Positions 1 through 8,647 of a stretch of DNA of 64,000 bases are shown here, piece after piece; the stretch's first letter is position 1; each line of letters begins with the position of its first letter. A program made the position numbers and the translations under genes. This DNA comes from Nitrospina sp. (GTDB taxonomy: Bacteria > Nitrospinota > Nitrospinia > Nitrospinales > VA-1). Under the pieces are notes generated by a model that saw nothing but the letters and a program-made list of their open reading frames with translations, was not told the origin of the DNA and did not search any database. The stretch covers positions 123,292-187,291 of the forward strand of contig JABHBK010000067.1 of NCBI GenBank assembly GCA_018673915.1, given 5' to 3'.

Positions 1-46
1 ATTGATTTTTTCTCTGCTAATTTTCATTTTATATTTTTAAGGGAAT

Positions 47-328
47 TTAAAGAATAAGTCCGCGTTCACGCACTAATTTTGACTTCACCATTTGAAATAC
101 CCGCCCGTAATCCATCATGCTTCTTTCGTATTCCTCGGTTTTGGAATCAAGCAGGGTTTTTACTTCATCGTTAAGCCGGTCTTCAACCATAAGGTCTTCT
201 GTAATAATTCCATTGATGATGGTTTGCAGTTTTTCCGGAGACTCCTCCCAGATAATTAGTTCTTTATCCAGAAAGGATTTAACAATATTTTTTGTGAGAT
301 GTTCGGTAAGTTCTTTAGTAAGGCGCAT
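47..328 (-). CDS. DUF507-like small acidic helical protein (93 aa)
   Basis: Track ORF 47..418 trimmed to the internal ATG at 328 (MRLTKELTEHL...), because the upstream part of that ORF is the tRNA-Gly gene. The sequence resembles the DUF507 family by eye. Confidence 0.65.
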   Translation of the reverse strand: MRLTKELTEHLTKNIVKSFLDKELIIWEESPEKLQTIINGIITEDLMVEDRLNDEVKTLLDSKTEEYERSMMDYGRVFQMVKSKLVRERGLIL

Positions 329-360
329 TATTTTATAATTAAAATTCAGATTTATTAAAG

Positions 361-433
361 AGCGGGAGACGGGATTCGAACCCGCGACATTCAGCTTGGG
401 AAGCTGACACTCTACCAACTGAGCTACTCCCGC
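361..433 (-). tRNA. tRNA-Gly (anticodon CCC)
   Basis: The reverse complement folds as a cloverleaf. Acceptor stem GCGGGAG/CTCCCGC. D arm GCTC-AGTTGGTA-GAGT. Anticodon arm TCAGC-TTCCCAA-GCTGA, giving anticodon CCC. T arm GCGGG-TTCGAAT-CCCGT. Discriminator U. CCA is not encoded. Confidence 0.9.
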
Positions 434-442
434 CTGATCAAC

Positions 443-631
443 TCAGTCAGGCTTCTTTTCGCCCAGTATCAAAAAACAGTTATTGTCAGTTACCTGTATA
501 TCTATAATCGGGACACCCTGCTGACGCATTTCCCCGATGACCTGATTAACCATGGTTTCTATAGCTTTTGCACCTTCTTCGGCAGTATCGAGGACTCTAA
601 CCCCCTTGACCTTTTGATTGTGAAGCGACAT
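443..631 (-). CDS. hypothetical small protein (62 aa)
   Basis: Intact ORF with an ATG start, ending 9 nt before the tRNA-Gly 5' end on the same strand. No recognisable motif. Confidence 0.4.
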   Translation of the reverse strand: MSLHNQKVKGVRVLDTAEEGAKAIETMVNQVIGEMRQQGVPIIDIQVTDNNCFLILGEKKPD

Positions 632-934
632 CCAATTTCAAACCAATCAGGCTTATAGCCCAGTAATAGTTCATTTCCCTTTAAAATCAAGGGGAAACAA
701 GTTCGCTAACTCCATTCATGTTTTTCCGCATTATCTACTATTTAACTTTTGTAATCAATCTTAATTGAAAGTTTGGCATACGGGCAGGTTATCTTTCAAT
801 GCTGGATGACTATCTGGGCAATAAGGGCCCCAAGAAATTACCAGATTGGAATTGATGTAAGAAAGGTTATTGATATTCTCCTTTCAATTGAGTACTATGG
901 CAAATCTAAATAACTCGTGCAAACACAAAAAGTT

Positions 935-974
935 GTAGGAACTTGGCGTTTATAAAGTTCCTACTTTTTATTTT
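935..974 (+). terminator. intrinsic-terminator-like hairpin with no upstream ORF
   Basis: Perfect 10-bp inverted repeat GTAGGAACTT (935-944) / AAGTTCCTAC (955-964) with a 10-nt loop, followed by TTTTTATTTT. An A-rich run precedes it, so it could act in both directions. Confidence 0.5.
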
Positions 975-1008
975 GATTCTAGTCTAACAAAGCTTAGCGA
1001 GGAAATTC

Positions 1009-1866
1009 GTGGTCAAAGAAGTAGATTTTACGGAAAAAATACCGGTCACCCACCATCTGATAGAACTCAAAAACAGGGTTGTACAGGTAGGCCTAGTTGT
1101 TGCAATTTTTTTCGGTGTTTGTTTTTATTTTATCGATTTTCTATTGCTGTGGTTGGAGTCTCCTCTGCCTAAGCAATATGCCGACCTCACATTTATAACT
1201 CCTACAGAACCATTTTTTACCGCTATGAAGGTTTCCTTCATGGGGTCTATATTCATATCCATGCCATGGATTTTATTTCATGTCTGGGGCTTTATCGCTC
1301 CCGGTTTAAAGGTAAAGGAGAAAAAGGTAACAGCGTTATTTGTTGCTTTCGGAACCTTGTTTTTTCTATTTGGTGGACTCTTTTGTTATTTTTTGGTTGT
1401 TCCCCTAGGGCTAAAATTTTTACTAAATTACGGCACCACCTGGTGGAAAATGCAGGTTACCATCGGTTTTTATTTTTCCTTTGTGGTGAAGATGATTCTG
1501 GCTTTTGCATTTGCTTTTCAAACACCACTCATCATGGTTCTGTTGACCAAGTTTGGTGTCATCAATACAGTAAAAATGAAGCTGTACCGAAAATGGGCCT
1601 TTCTCGGTACATTCGCTTTGGCCGCAGTTCTGACCCCTCCTGATATTATCACCCAGGTTTTATTGGCATTTCCGCTTTATGGATTGTATGAATTTGGCAT
1701 GATCGTATCCCGGTTTTTCGAAGATCCTAAAAATCGAGAGTCAGCGTTCAAACAAATGAAAGCGGAAGAGGCTGCAAAAAAAGCTGCCAAAGAAGCGGCT
1801 CAAAGAGCGAGCGAGGCAAATAAAGCTAAGCAGAAAGCCTCTAAGAAAACCCGCAAGTCTTCTTAA
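1009..1866 (+). CDS. tatC: twin-arginine translocase subunit TatC
   Basis: 285-aa polytopic membrane protein with a TatC-like six-TM layout and a lysine-rich C-terminal tail. GTG start preceded by GAGGA. Confidence 0.88.
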   Translation: MVKEVDFTEKIPVTHHLIELKNRVVQVGLVVAIFFGVCFYFIDFLLLWLESPLPKQYADLTFITPTEPFFTAMKVSFMGSIFISMPWILFHVWGFIAPGLKVKEKKVTALFVAFGTLFFLFGGLFCYFLVVPLGLKFLLNYGTTWWKMQVTIGFYFSFVVKMILAFAFAFQTPLIMVLLTKFGVINTVKMKLYRKWAFLGTFALAAVLTPPDIITQVLLAFPLYGLYEFGMIVSRFFEDPKNRESAFKQMKAEEAAKKAAKEAAQRASEANKAKQKASKKTRKSS

Positions 1867-2526
1867 TCAGACAAAAAATACCAGGATCGAAAGTAATCGT
1901 GGGTAGTAGAACACGATGGCAAATTCTGCCATAGCAAAACCTATATGCATCAGGATCGGAACTAAGATAGAGCCTGTTCCCTTCAATAAGCCTGCTGATA
2001 TCATTCCTAGAAATAAATTTCCTATGCTTAGTCTGAAATGAAAAAGGGAATATAGCAGGCCCCCGCTAATAATTGTTCGACCTGTATTTTCTTTTGTAAA
2101 CAGGTTGTTGACAATCAGCCCCATCACAAAGACCTGGTCAAGAAAAGGGACGACAAGGGCAGAAAAAACATTTCCAGCAGGAGACATGTAAAAGCCCATT
2201 TGCTCAGGATTTCTCAGGTCTGCTCCAGTAAGCAACTCTGATTGCGACAACCCCGTTTTAACTATTAAGCTGTCCAGTAAAATTACGCTTACGACAGGGA
2301 GCATTCCCAATAGAAGGCCTGTTCGTATAGGTTTCCCAGTATTATTTTTACTGAAGCCTAATTGTAAAAGTGAAACCCGCTTGGAGCTAAGAGCTATAGC
2401 CAAAACTAGTGCAAAATAAAAAAGGAATCCGAATTCGTAAATAAACCTGTTGCCAGAAAAAACCAAGTGGGTGGATGGGAATATAACCAGGAAGTAAAGG
2501 GCTATGATTGGGGTGAGAATTTTCAC
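1867..2526 (-). CDS. polytopic membrane protein, CPBP (CAAX protease)-like with a degenerate first motif
   Basis: 219 aa with multiple TM segments. Contains LYSLFHF (FxxxH-like) and MHIGFAMAEF (H-box-like), but PFLDQVF replaces the EExxxR motif. Confidence 0.4.
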   Translation of the reverse strand: MKILTPIIALYFLVIFPSTHLVFSGNRFIYEFGFLFYFALVLAIALSSKRVSLLQLGFSKNNTGKPIRTGLLLGMLPVVSVILLDSLIVKTGLSQSELLTGADLRNPEQMGFYMSPAGNVFSALVVPFLDQVFVMGLIVNNLFTKENTGRTIISGGLLYSLFHFRLSIGNLFLGMISAGLLKGTGSILVPILMHIGFAMAEFAIVFYYPRLLSILVFFV

Positions 2527-2569
2527 ATTGAAACGCAGATGTTTAGGCTTTTAGATGCACGCCATACAA

Positions 2570-2875
2570 TTAATTTTGGGAATTTGTTGGAGTGGCAAGA
2601 CCTGAAATATGGGGCGAAGATTCTTTTTCGGACTTTTTACCGCTGATATGATCCTGCAATTCGAGAGGGACACCTGTGCCGCTTATATGATATATATATG
2701 TAGAAGCCCTGTCCTCATTAGAATAGAGTTCATCCTTCAAAACTGCGGCGTTGATATAGAACCCAGCAAAAATCAGGGCAGATAGAAGGCAGGACTCGAG
2801 AAATACGTTTTTCCACATAACAGGTTGGTTTATTTGATAATATACTTCTTCTATTGTAATTTTTTTTGAAACCAA
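2570..2875 (-). CDS. hypothetical single-TM protein (101 aa)
   Basis: ORF with one hydrophobic segment. The short motif HISG occurs three times in the C-terminal half. Confidence 0.35.
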   Translation of the reverse strand: MVSKKITIEEVYYQINQPVMWKNVFLESCLLSALIFAGFYINAAVLKDELYSNEDRASTYIYHISGTGVPLELQDHISGKKSEKESSPHISGLATPTNSQN

Positions 2876-2907
2876 TTACAACCAAATAGCCATGGGAGCC
2901 AATGCGG

Positions 2908-2936
2908 TTGACAAAACAGGTATCTTTATTTAGTAT
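2908..2936 (+). promoter_or_regulatory. sigma70-type promoter candidate for rpiB-glyA-nrdR
   Basis: TTGACA (2908-2913), a 17-nt spacer, then TAGTAT (2931-2936), about 100 nt upstream of the rpiB ATG. Confidence 0.4.
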
Positions 2937-3034
2937 CCTTCTTGAGTTAAACTATCCGTAGCCTCCCACCAAGGCATATACTTCATTCCATACTCCTCAC
3001 TTTTGATGAGGCAAGCTTTCAACCGGAATTTATC

Positions 3035-3499
3035 ATGAAAAAAATTGCTATTGCTTCCGATCATGGAGGTTTCGATCTTAAGGAAAGTGTCATCGCGCAT
3101 CTTTTAAACACGGGTTGGGAAGTGGAAGACTTGGGGCCTCACAGTGGCGATTCTGTGGATTATCCGGACTATGGAATAAAACTTGCCGAAGAGGTTGCTG
3201 AGAAAAAAGTTGAGCGCGGAATTGTGATTTGCGGTACCGGGATAGGAATGTCCATTGTGGTCAACCGATTTCCAGGAATTCGTGGAACTTTGTGCGCGGA
3301 CGTTTTCACCGCTAAATTATGTCGCGAGCACAATGACTCCAATATTCTGATAATGGGGGGTAGGGTGATTGGTAAGGGATTGGCCGCAGAGATAGTCAAT
3401 ACCTGGCTCAACACAGCTTTTGAAGGGGGACGCCATCAACGGCGACTCGATAAAATTAATCAAATAGATGCTTCTTTAAAGAGTAAAGAAAATCTTTAA
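3035..3499 (+). CDS. rpiB: ribose-5-phosphate isomerase B
   Basis: The N-terminus MKKIAIASDHGGFDLKE and the GIVICGTGIGMSI motif are typical of RpiB/LacAB. Confidence 0.9.
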   Translation: MKKIAIASDHGGFDLKESVIAHLLNTGWEVEDLGPHSGDSVDYPDYGIKLAEEVAEKKVERGIVICGTGIGMSIVVNRFPGIRGTLCADVFTAKLCREHNDSNILIMGGRVIGKGLAAEIVNTWLNTAFEGGRHQRRLDKINQIDASLKSKENL

Positions 3500-3517
3500 T
3501 TCAAGGAGATTCGTAAA

Positions 3518-4765
3518 TTGTCACTTGCCGATTTTGATCCAGAGATCGCACAATCCATAAAAGACGAAACCGAGCGGGAAAATAATACCCTCGAAATGAT
3601 CGCTTCTGAAAATTTTGTCAGCCCCGAGGTGCAAGAGGCGCAAGGCTCGGTCATGACCAATAAATATGCAGAGGGCTACCCCGGTAAACGCTATTATGGC
3701 GGTTGCGAGTTTGTTGATATTGCTGAAAGCCTCGCCATTGAACGGGCAAAAAAGCTTTTTTCCGCCGAGCACGCTAATGTACAGCCTCACTCAGGTTCTC
3801 AAGCCAATATGGCGGTGTACCACACCGTGTGCGAGCCGGGAGATACCATTCTCGGGATGAATTTAGCTCATGGTGGGCACCTGACCCATGGTTGTCCCGT
3901 TAATTTTTCTGGATACACTTATAATGTTGTCGCCTATGGAGTGAATCAGGAAACAGAGCAGATTGACTATGATGAGGTTAGGGAACTGGCCCTGAAAAAT
4001 AAACCTAAAATGATTATTGTTGGGGGCAGCGCATACCCAAGAGTGATTGATCCCGTCAAATTTCGTGAAATTGCCGATGAGGTGGGGGCAAAAATTATGA
4101 CCGATATCGCCCATCCTGCTGGTTTAGTTGCGGCCGGGCTCTATCCTTCACCCGTACCCCATTCAGACTTTGTCACGACAACCACTCATAAAACTCTCCG
4201 AGGGCCAAGAGGTGGAATGATCTTGTGCGCAGAAAAGGATGCCAAGGAAGTTAATAAAAGAATTTTTCCCGGTATTCAAGGAGGTCCCCTCATGCATGTG
4301 ATTGCGGCAAAAGCCGTCGCATTCAAAGAGGCGTTGAGTGAAGATTTTGTGACTTACCAGAAACAGGTGATCGCTAACGCAAAATGTCTGGCGCAATTTT
4401 TGATCGATCAGGGTTATAAAATTGTCAGTGGCGGAACAGATACCCACTTAATGCTTCTCGACTTGCGTCCTCAGGATATTACGGGTAAAGATGCAGAAGC
4501 AGCGCTGGAAAGAGCAGGGATCACGGTGAACAAAAACACCGTACCCTTTGAGACCCGCAGTCCGTTTGTGACATCAGGAATCAGGATCGGAACACCCGCT
4601 TTGACCACACGGGGAATGAAAGAAAATGAAATGCGTAAGATCGGGGAAATGATTATCCAGACACTCGAAAAGGTGGAGGATGAAAACCTGCATGCGCAAA
4701 CCCGTAAAAATGTTCGTGAACTCTGTGATCAGTTTCCACTTCATTTGCAATTAACCAATCAATAA
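3518..4765 (+). CDS. glyA: serine hydroxymethyltransferase
   Basis: 415 aa with the SHMT signature [15 protein letters not shown] (PLP lysine) and full-length collinearity with the family. TTG start. Confidence 0.95.
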   Translation: MSLADFDPEIAQSIKDETERENNTLEMIASENFVSPEVQEAQGSVMTNKYAEGYPGKRYYGGCEFVDIAESLAIERAKKLFSAEHANVQPHSGSQANMAVYHTVCEPGDTILGMNLAHGGHLTHGCPVNFSGYTYNVVAYGVNQETEQIDYDEVRELALKNKPKMIIVGGSAYPRVIDPVKFREIADEVGAKIMTDIAHPAGLVAAGLYPSPVPHSDFVTTTTHKTLRGPRGGMILCAEKDAKEVNKRIFPGIQGGPLMHVIAAKAVAFKEALSEDFVTYQKQVIANAKCLAQFLIDQGYKIVSGGTDTHLMLLDLRPQDITGKDAEAALERAGITVNKNTVPFETRSPFVTSGIRIGTPALTTRGMKENEMRKIGEMIIQTLEKVEDENLHAQTRKNVRELCDQFPLHLQLTNQ

Positions 4766-4775
4766 AGCTTGACCT

Positions 4776-5264
4776 ATGAAATGTCCCGGTTGCTCCGGCA
4801 TGGAAAATAAAGTCATCGACTCCCGCTTGAATAAAGAGGGCACTATCATTCGCAGGCGAAGGGAATGCCTGAGTTGCACTGACAGGTTTACCACCTACGA
4901 AAAGCTAGAACGGTCTTTACCCTTATTGATTAAAAAGGACGGTCGGCGGGAAGAGTTTGATCGGGATAAAGTTATCCAGGGATTACAAAAAGCCTGCCAG
5001 AAAAGGCCGGTCAGCATTAAAGATATTGAAGACCTCGTTGATCGGGTAGAGCAGTACCTTCAGGAGCTGGGTGAGAAAGAAGTCTCTGCCGTGAAGGTTG
5101 GCGAAAAAGTTATCAGTGAAATTTATAACTTGGACGATGTTGCCTACGTTCGTTTTGCCTCCGTTTACCGCTCCTTCAAAGATGTGAATGAATTTATGGT
5201 CGAATTAAAAGAAGTTCTCAAAAGTAAAGAAGGTAGTAAATCCCCCGGAGACCACCTGCAGTAA
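4776..5264 (+). CDS. nrdR: transcriptional repressor NrdR
   Basis: Starts MKCPGC...CLSC (zinc ribbon) followed by an ATP-cone region, the typical NrdR layout. Confidence 0.9.
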   Translation: MKCPGCSGMENKVIDSRLNKEGTIIRRRRECLSCTDRFTTYEKLERSLPLLIKKDGRREEFDRDKVIQGLQKACQKRPVSIKDIEDLVDRVEQYLQELGEKEVSAVKVGEKVISEIYNLDDVAYVRFASVYRSFKDVNEFMVELKEVLKSKEGSKSPGDHLQ

Positions 5265-5744
5265 AACTCCTGTTTTATCGAATCGAGTCCGTAAATTTCC
5301 TACAGTATCTTCTTGTTATTCTTCGTTGATGCGATTTAATATTTATAATATCCGAGCATGACATTAATTTGGTCATTTAAGGCCTGTCATTAGCCAATTA
5401 TTGACATTTTTTGGTTATCCAAATATTTTATATTTGTATAGTGAGTGTAAATTTATGTTGGGGATATTTATTTTGAGTAGTTTTTCTTACAGAATATTTC
5501 TTTTAAATACATTAATTTACCGCCATTTACCTAAAAAGAGGTATTGTCTTTTTATGCAACAGAAATTAAACTAATTCGACTTGGAGATGTGGTCTCGACT
5601 ATGATTTTTGTGTTAGATAACGAAAGTTATCGTAACAGGAACTCTTGTTAAGAGAATGTGTTTAGGAGAATTTTTCAGCACAGCCTTTGATCTATATAAA
5701 GGGGCCCCGAATTATTCACATTCTTATAACTGTTGGGGGTTTAT

Positions 5745-5957
5745 ATGAAATGGTCTGAAAAACTTTCTCCAAGAGAAATAGAGGTTTGTGGAGTTTTAGC
5801 TGTTGGAAATACAGATCGAGAAATAAGTCAAATATTGGGCATAAGTCTATACACCGTTAAAACCCATTTAAGGAATATTTATTCCAAGACAGAAATCAAG
5901 AATCGGACCAGTTTGGCCGTGGAAATTTTAAAGAGTAAAAACACGCAAAAAGCTTAG
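5745..5957 (+). CDS. HTH-only LuxR/GerE-family transcriptional regulator (70 aa), paralog 1
   Basis: LSPREIEVCGVLAVGNTDREISQILGISLYTVKTHLRNIY is a LuxR-type HTH. Start moved to the ATG at 5745 to match the paralog at 8648..8860. No receiver or ligand domain. Confidence 0.8.
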   Translation: MKWSEKLSPREIEVCGVLAVGNTDREISQILGISLYTVKTHLRNIYSKTEIKNRTSLAVEILKSKNTQKA

Positions 5958-6007
5958 AGACGATCTTTGAAAAACCCAGAATTAAACTTTAAACAAGGGA
6001 GTTTAAA

Positions 6008-8029
6008 ATGAATATGCTCGCCTCGCAATCACCTGCAAGTAAATCCGGATTTCTTGGCCTTTTTGGAGGAGGAAACGGCAGTAATGGATTGATGAAGTCA
6101 TCGGGCGGCCTTCTCTCTTGTTTGGAAAAAATTCAAGCCAACGTATTGGTGGCGGATGCAGAGTTTAAGCTGGTTTACGCTAATTCTAGAGCCATCCATA
6201 CTTTAGAATCCATCAAGGATCAGATTCAAGAAGCATTTGGGGTTAACCTGAACGATATCGTCGGTGGTTCCATCCACCGTTTTCATAAAGACCCGCAAAA
6301 AATTGAAAAAATATTGCGCAATCCTTCTGCTTTGCCGCACACGGCTGAGTTTGGTTTTGGTGGGGTAACGCTTGCCGCTACCATAAACTCAATCAATGAT
6401 TCCAATGGAAGGATCTCCGGTTATGTCGTCAACTGGGAAGATATCACCAGGATAAATCAAACTAAACGGGCTATGGACCAAGTTAATTCAATGATGGAAA
6501 ATGCTCCGGTGAATGTCCTTTACGCCGATAAAGACAGTTTTGAAATTACCTATGTCAACCCTGCTTCCATAAGAACGCTAAAAACCATTGAACAATATCT
6601 ACCCATTCCTGTGGATAAATTGATGGGGCAATGCATAGATGTTTTTCACAAGAACCCCGCGCACCAAAGAAAACTTCTTTCAGACCCGGCAAACTTGCCA
6701 CACCAAGCCCAAATACAGGTGGGCCCTGAGATTCTAGATCTTCTGGTCAGCGCTATTTATGACAAGGATAAAAATTATCTCGGACCCATGGTTACCTGGG
6801 ACGTTATAACTCAAAAGTTAAAGACCGAGAATGAAGTCGCCCAAGTTAACTCTATGATGGAAAATGCCCCGGTGAACGTGCTTTTTGCTGATGCAGAAAC
6901 CTTTCAAATTACTTATATAAACCCCGCATCCGTGACTACACTAAAAACCATTGAACAATATCTACCCATTCCTGTGGATAAATTGATGGGACAATCCATA
7001 GATATTTTTCACAAGAACCCTGCACATCAGCGGAAAATTCTTTCTGATCCCAATAACCTGCCGCATCGCGCACAAATACAGGTTGGGCCTGAGATCCTCG
7101 ATCTTCTGGTCAGCGCTATTTATGACAAGGATAAAAATTATCTCGGACCCATGGTTACCTGGGAAGTGATTACCGAAAAACTGGCGGCTGAAGAACGCGA
7201 AAAAGAACAGAACAAAAGCATGAAATCGGTTCTCGATAGCGTTGCTGAAAAAGCCCAGACCCTTGCCGGAGCCTCAGAGGAATTGACCGCCACCAGTCAG
7301 CAAATGGCCGGAAATGCGGAAGAGACTTCGGCTCAGTCCAATGTCGTCTCCGCCGCCTCCGATCAGGTGAACCAGAACATTCAAACAGTGGCTACCGGTT
7401 CGGAAGAAATGAGCGCAAGCATAAAAGAGATTGCTCATAACGCCAACCAGGCTACCAAAGTCACCAGCGATGCGGTTCAGTTGGCCGAGACCACCAATAA
7501 AACTGTTACCAAACTTGGCGATAGTTCGGCTGAGATTGGCCAGGTCATCAAAGTCATCACCTCCATCGCGGAACAGACTAATCTATTGGCCTTGAATGCC
7601 ACCATTGAGGCAGCACGTGCTGGTGAAGCAGGTAAAGGATTCGCCGTGGTCGCCAACGAAGTCAAGGAACTGGCAAATCAGACCGCCAAAGCGACCGAAG
7701 ATATCAGCAACAAGATATCCGCCATACAAACAGATACTCAGAGTGCTGTAACGGCTATTGGTGAGATCAGCGGGGTTATTGGCCAAATCAGCGATATCTC
7801 CAACACCATTGCCAGTGCGGTGGAAGAGCAGTCGGCCACCACCAACGAGATTACCCGTAATGTTACCGATGCCTCCCGAGGATCTCAGGAGATTGCCGAG
7901 AATATTGCCGGTGTCGCTCAGGCGGCTCATAGCACCACCGAAGGTGCTACGGATACTCAAACAGCAGCCAGTGAGTTGTCTAAACTGGCGGCTGAAATGC
8001 AAAATATTGTCAGCGAGTTTAATGCTTGA
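6008..8029 (+). CDS. soluble methyl-accepting chemotaxis protein with three tandem Aer2-like PAS domains
   Basis: 673 aa with no TM segment and no HAMP domain. Three PAS-like modules lie at about aa 35-155, 158-278 and 279-399. Each has an FHK[ND]P motif and a late conserved Trp. The C-terminal signalling domain carries the hairpin motif [35 protein letters not shown]. Confidence 0.9.
   Translation: MNMLASQSPASKSGFLGLFGGGNGSNGLMKSSGGLLSCLEKIQANVLVADAEFKLVYANSRAIHTLESIKDQIQEAFGVNLNDIVGGSIHRFHKDPQKIEKILRNPSALPHTAEFGFGGVTLAATINSINDSNGRISGYVVNWEDITRINQTKRAMDQVNSMMENAPVNVLYADKDSFEITYVNPASIRTLKTIEQYLPIPVDKLMGQCIDVFHKNPAHQRKLLSDPANLPHQAQIQVGPEILDLLVSAIYDKDKNYLGPMVTWDVITQKLKTENEVAQVNSMMENAPVNVLFADAETFQITYINPASVTTLKTIEQYLPIPVDKLMGQSIDIFHKNPAHQRKILSDPNNLPHRAQIQVGPEILDLLVSAIYDKDKNYLGPMVTWEVITEKLAAEEREKEQNKSMKSVLDSVAEKAQTLAGASEELTATSQQMAGNAEETSAQSNVVSAASDQVNQNIQTVATGSEEMSASIKEIAHNANQATKVTSDAVQLAETTNKTVTKLGDSSAEIGQVIKVITSIAEQTNLLALNATIEAARAGEAGKGFAVVANEVKELANQTAKATEDISNKISAIQTDTQSAVTAIGEISGVIGQISDISNTIASAVEEQSATTNEITRNVTDASRGSQEIAENIAGVAQAAHSTTEGATDTQTAASELSKLAAEMQNIVSEFNA
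6478..7178 (+). repeat. in-frame 363-nt tandem duplication (PAS2/PAS3) inside the chemoreceptor gene
   Basis: Unit 1 starts at 6478 and unit 2 at 6841. Perfectly identical blocks are 6578-6627 = 6941-6990 (50 nt) and 6737-6801 = 7100-7164 (65 nt). Densely diverged stretches separate them. Confidence 0.9.
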
Positions 8030-8254
8030 TTTCTAATAGTCTTGTCAAGAAGGCTCCGGTTTATCGCCGGAGTCTCCTATATAAAGAAAAGCAGGAGGGC
8101 TGATAAAAGTTGATCCTCGTCATCCACTAAGAGCATCTTGTCCATCTGAGGTTTTTATTCAACTTGACCTCCATTGGTTAACTCTTATGATCCTTCTCTC
8201 AACCCATTTATCATGGTGTAGCAGGGCAACTTTTTGAAATCTTTATATCAGCAG

Positions 8255-8539
8255 CTATATTTTTATTTGGCCTAATTCAAAGTCTCTATATTTACATTCC
8301 TTGCAATGACGGCCCAATAAACGCAATAACTCTTCATGACAACTCGCTAAATTTTCTGAACATATTTGAAGATTTGAATGTATTTCTTTAATGTCCCCAC
8401 CGTACATTAGTCGCCTAATTCTGTTGAAATTTTCAGCTCCTTCGTCTATTTTTTTAAAAATTTTTTTGCGTTCCCTATCAATTTCTTTCTTAAATTCTTC
8501 GTTTTCACATTCTCTCCAACATTGAGGTGAATTATCCAT
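8255..8539 (-). CDS. hypothetical Cys-rich small protein (94 aa)
   Basis: ORF trimmed to MDNSPQCWREC..., preceded by AGGAAG. Six Cys residues in three pairs: CWREC, CSENLASC and CKEC. The central part is charged and helical. Confidence 0.4.
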   Translation of the reverse strand: MDNSPQCWRECENEEFKKEIDRERKKIFKKIDEGAENFNRIRRLMYGGDIKEIHSNLQICSENLASCHEELLRLLGRHCKECKYRDFELGQIKI

Positions 8540-8647
8540 TTTTCTTCCTAGCAATTGGATTCTAAGTAAGAGAAGTTTTATTTAAATTTCTTAGCCGTTA
8601 TACTCTCAGATTCAAAATTTTATTTTGGATTTTCTATGAAATCGACC

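Noticed and set aside
329-418. N-terminal extension of track ORF 47..418 (MVECQLPKLNVAGSNPVSRS...)
   Set aside because: This part is the reverse-strand reading of the tRNA-Gly gene (361..433). The real CDS starts at the ATG at 328.
1266-1643. ORF 1266..1643 (+, 125 aa) inside tatC
   Set aside because: It is an alternative frame of a clearly identified TatC coding sequence. Its composition is Cys/Arg-rich and non-protein-like.
2570-2875. Threefold HISG motif in the 101-aa hypothetical protein
   Set aside because: The repeats are four residues long and irregularly spaced. They are probably coincidental, and the ORF itself is of uncertain reality.
6478-7178. Repeat structure that could be mistaken for a CRISPR-like or satellite array
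   Set aside because: There are only two units with a 363-nt period, in frame and coding for PAS domains. There is no short repeat/spacer organisation.
7477-8036. ORFs 7583..8002 (-, 139 aa), 7477..7665 (-) and 7758..8036 (+) inside the chemoreceptor gene
   Set aside because: These are shadow frames of the Ala/Ser/Thr/Glu-rich signalling domain. The plus-strand frame of 6008..8029 carries the unmistakable MCP hairpin motif.
8054-8074. Hairpin CTCCGG-TTTATCG-CCGGAG after the chemoreceptor gene
   Set aside because: The stem is short and lacks a downstream T-run. It may be a weak terminator, but support is insufficient.
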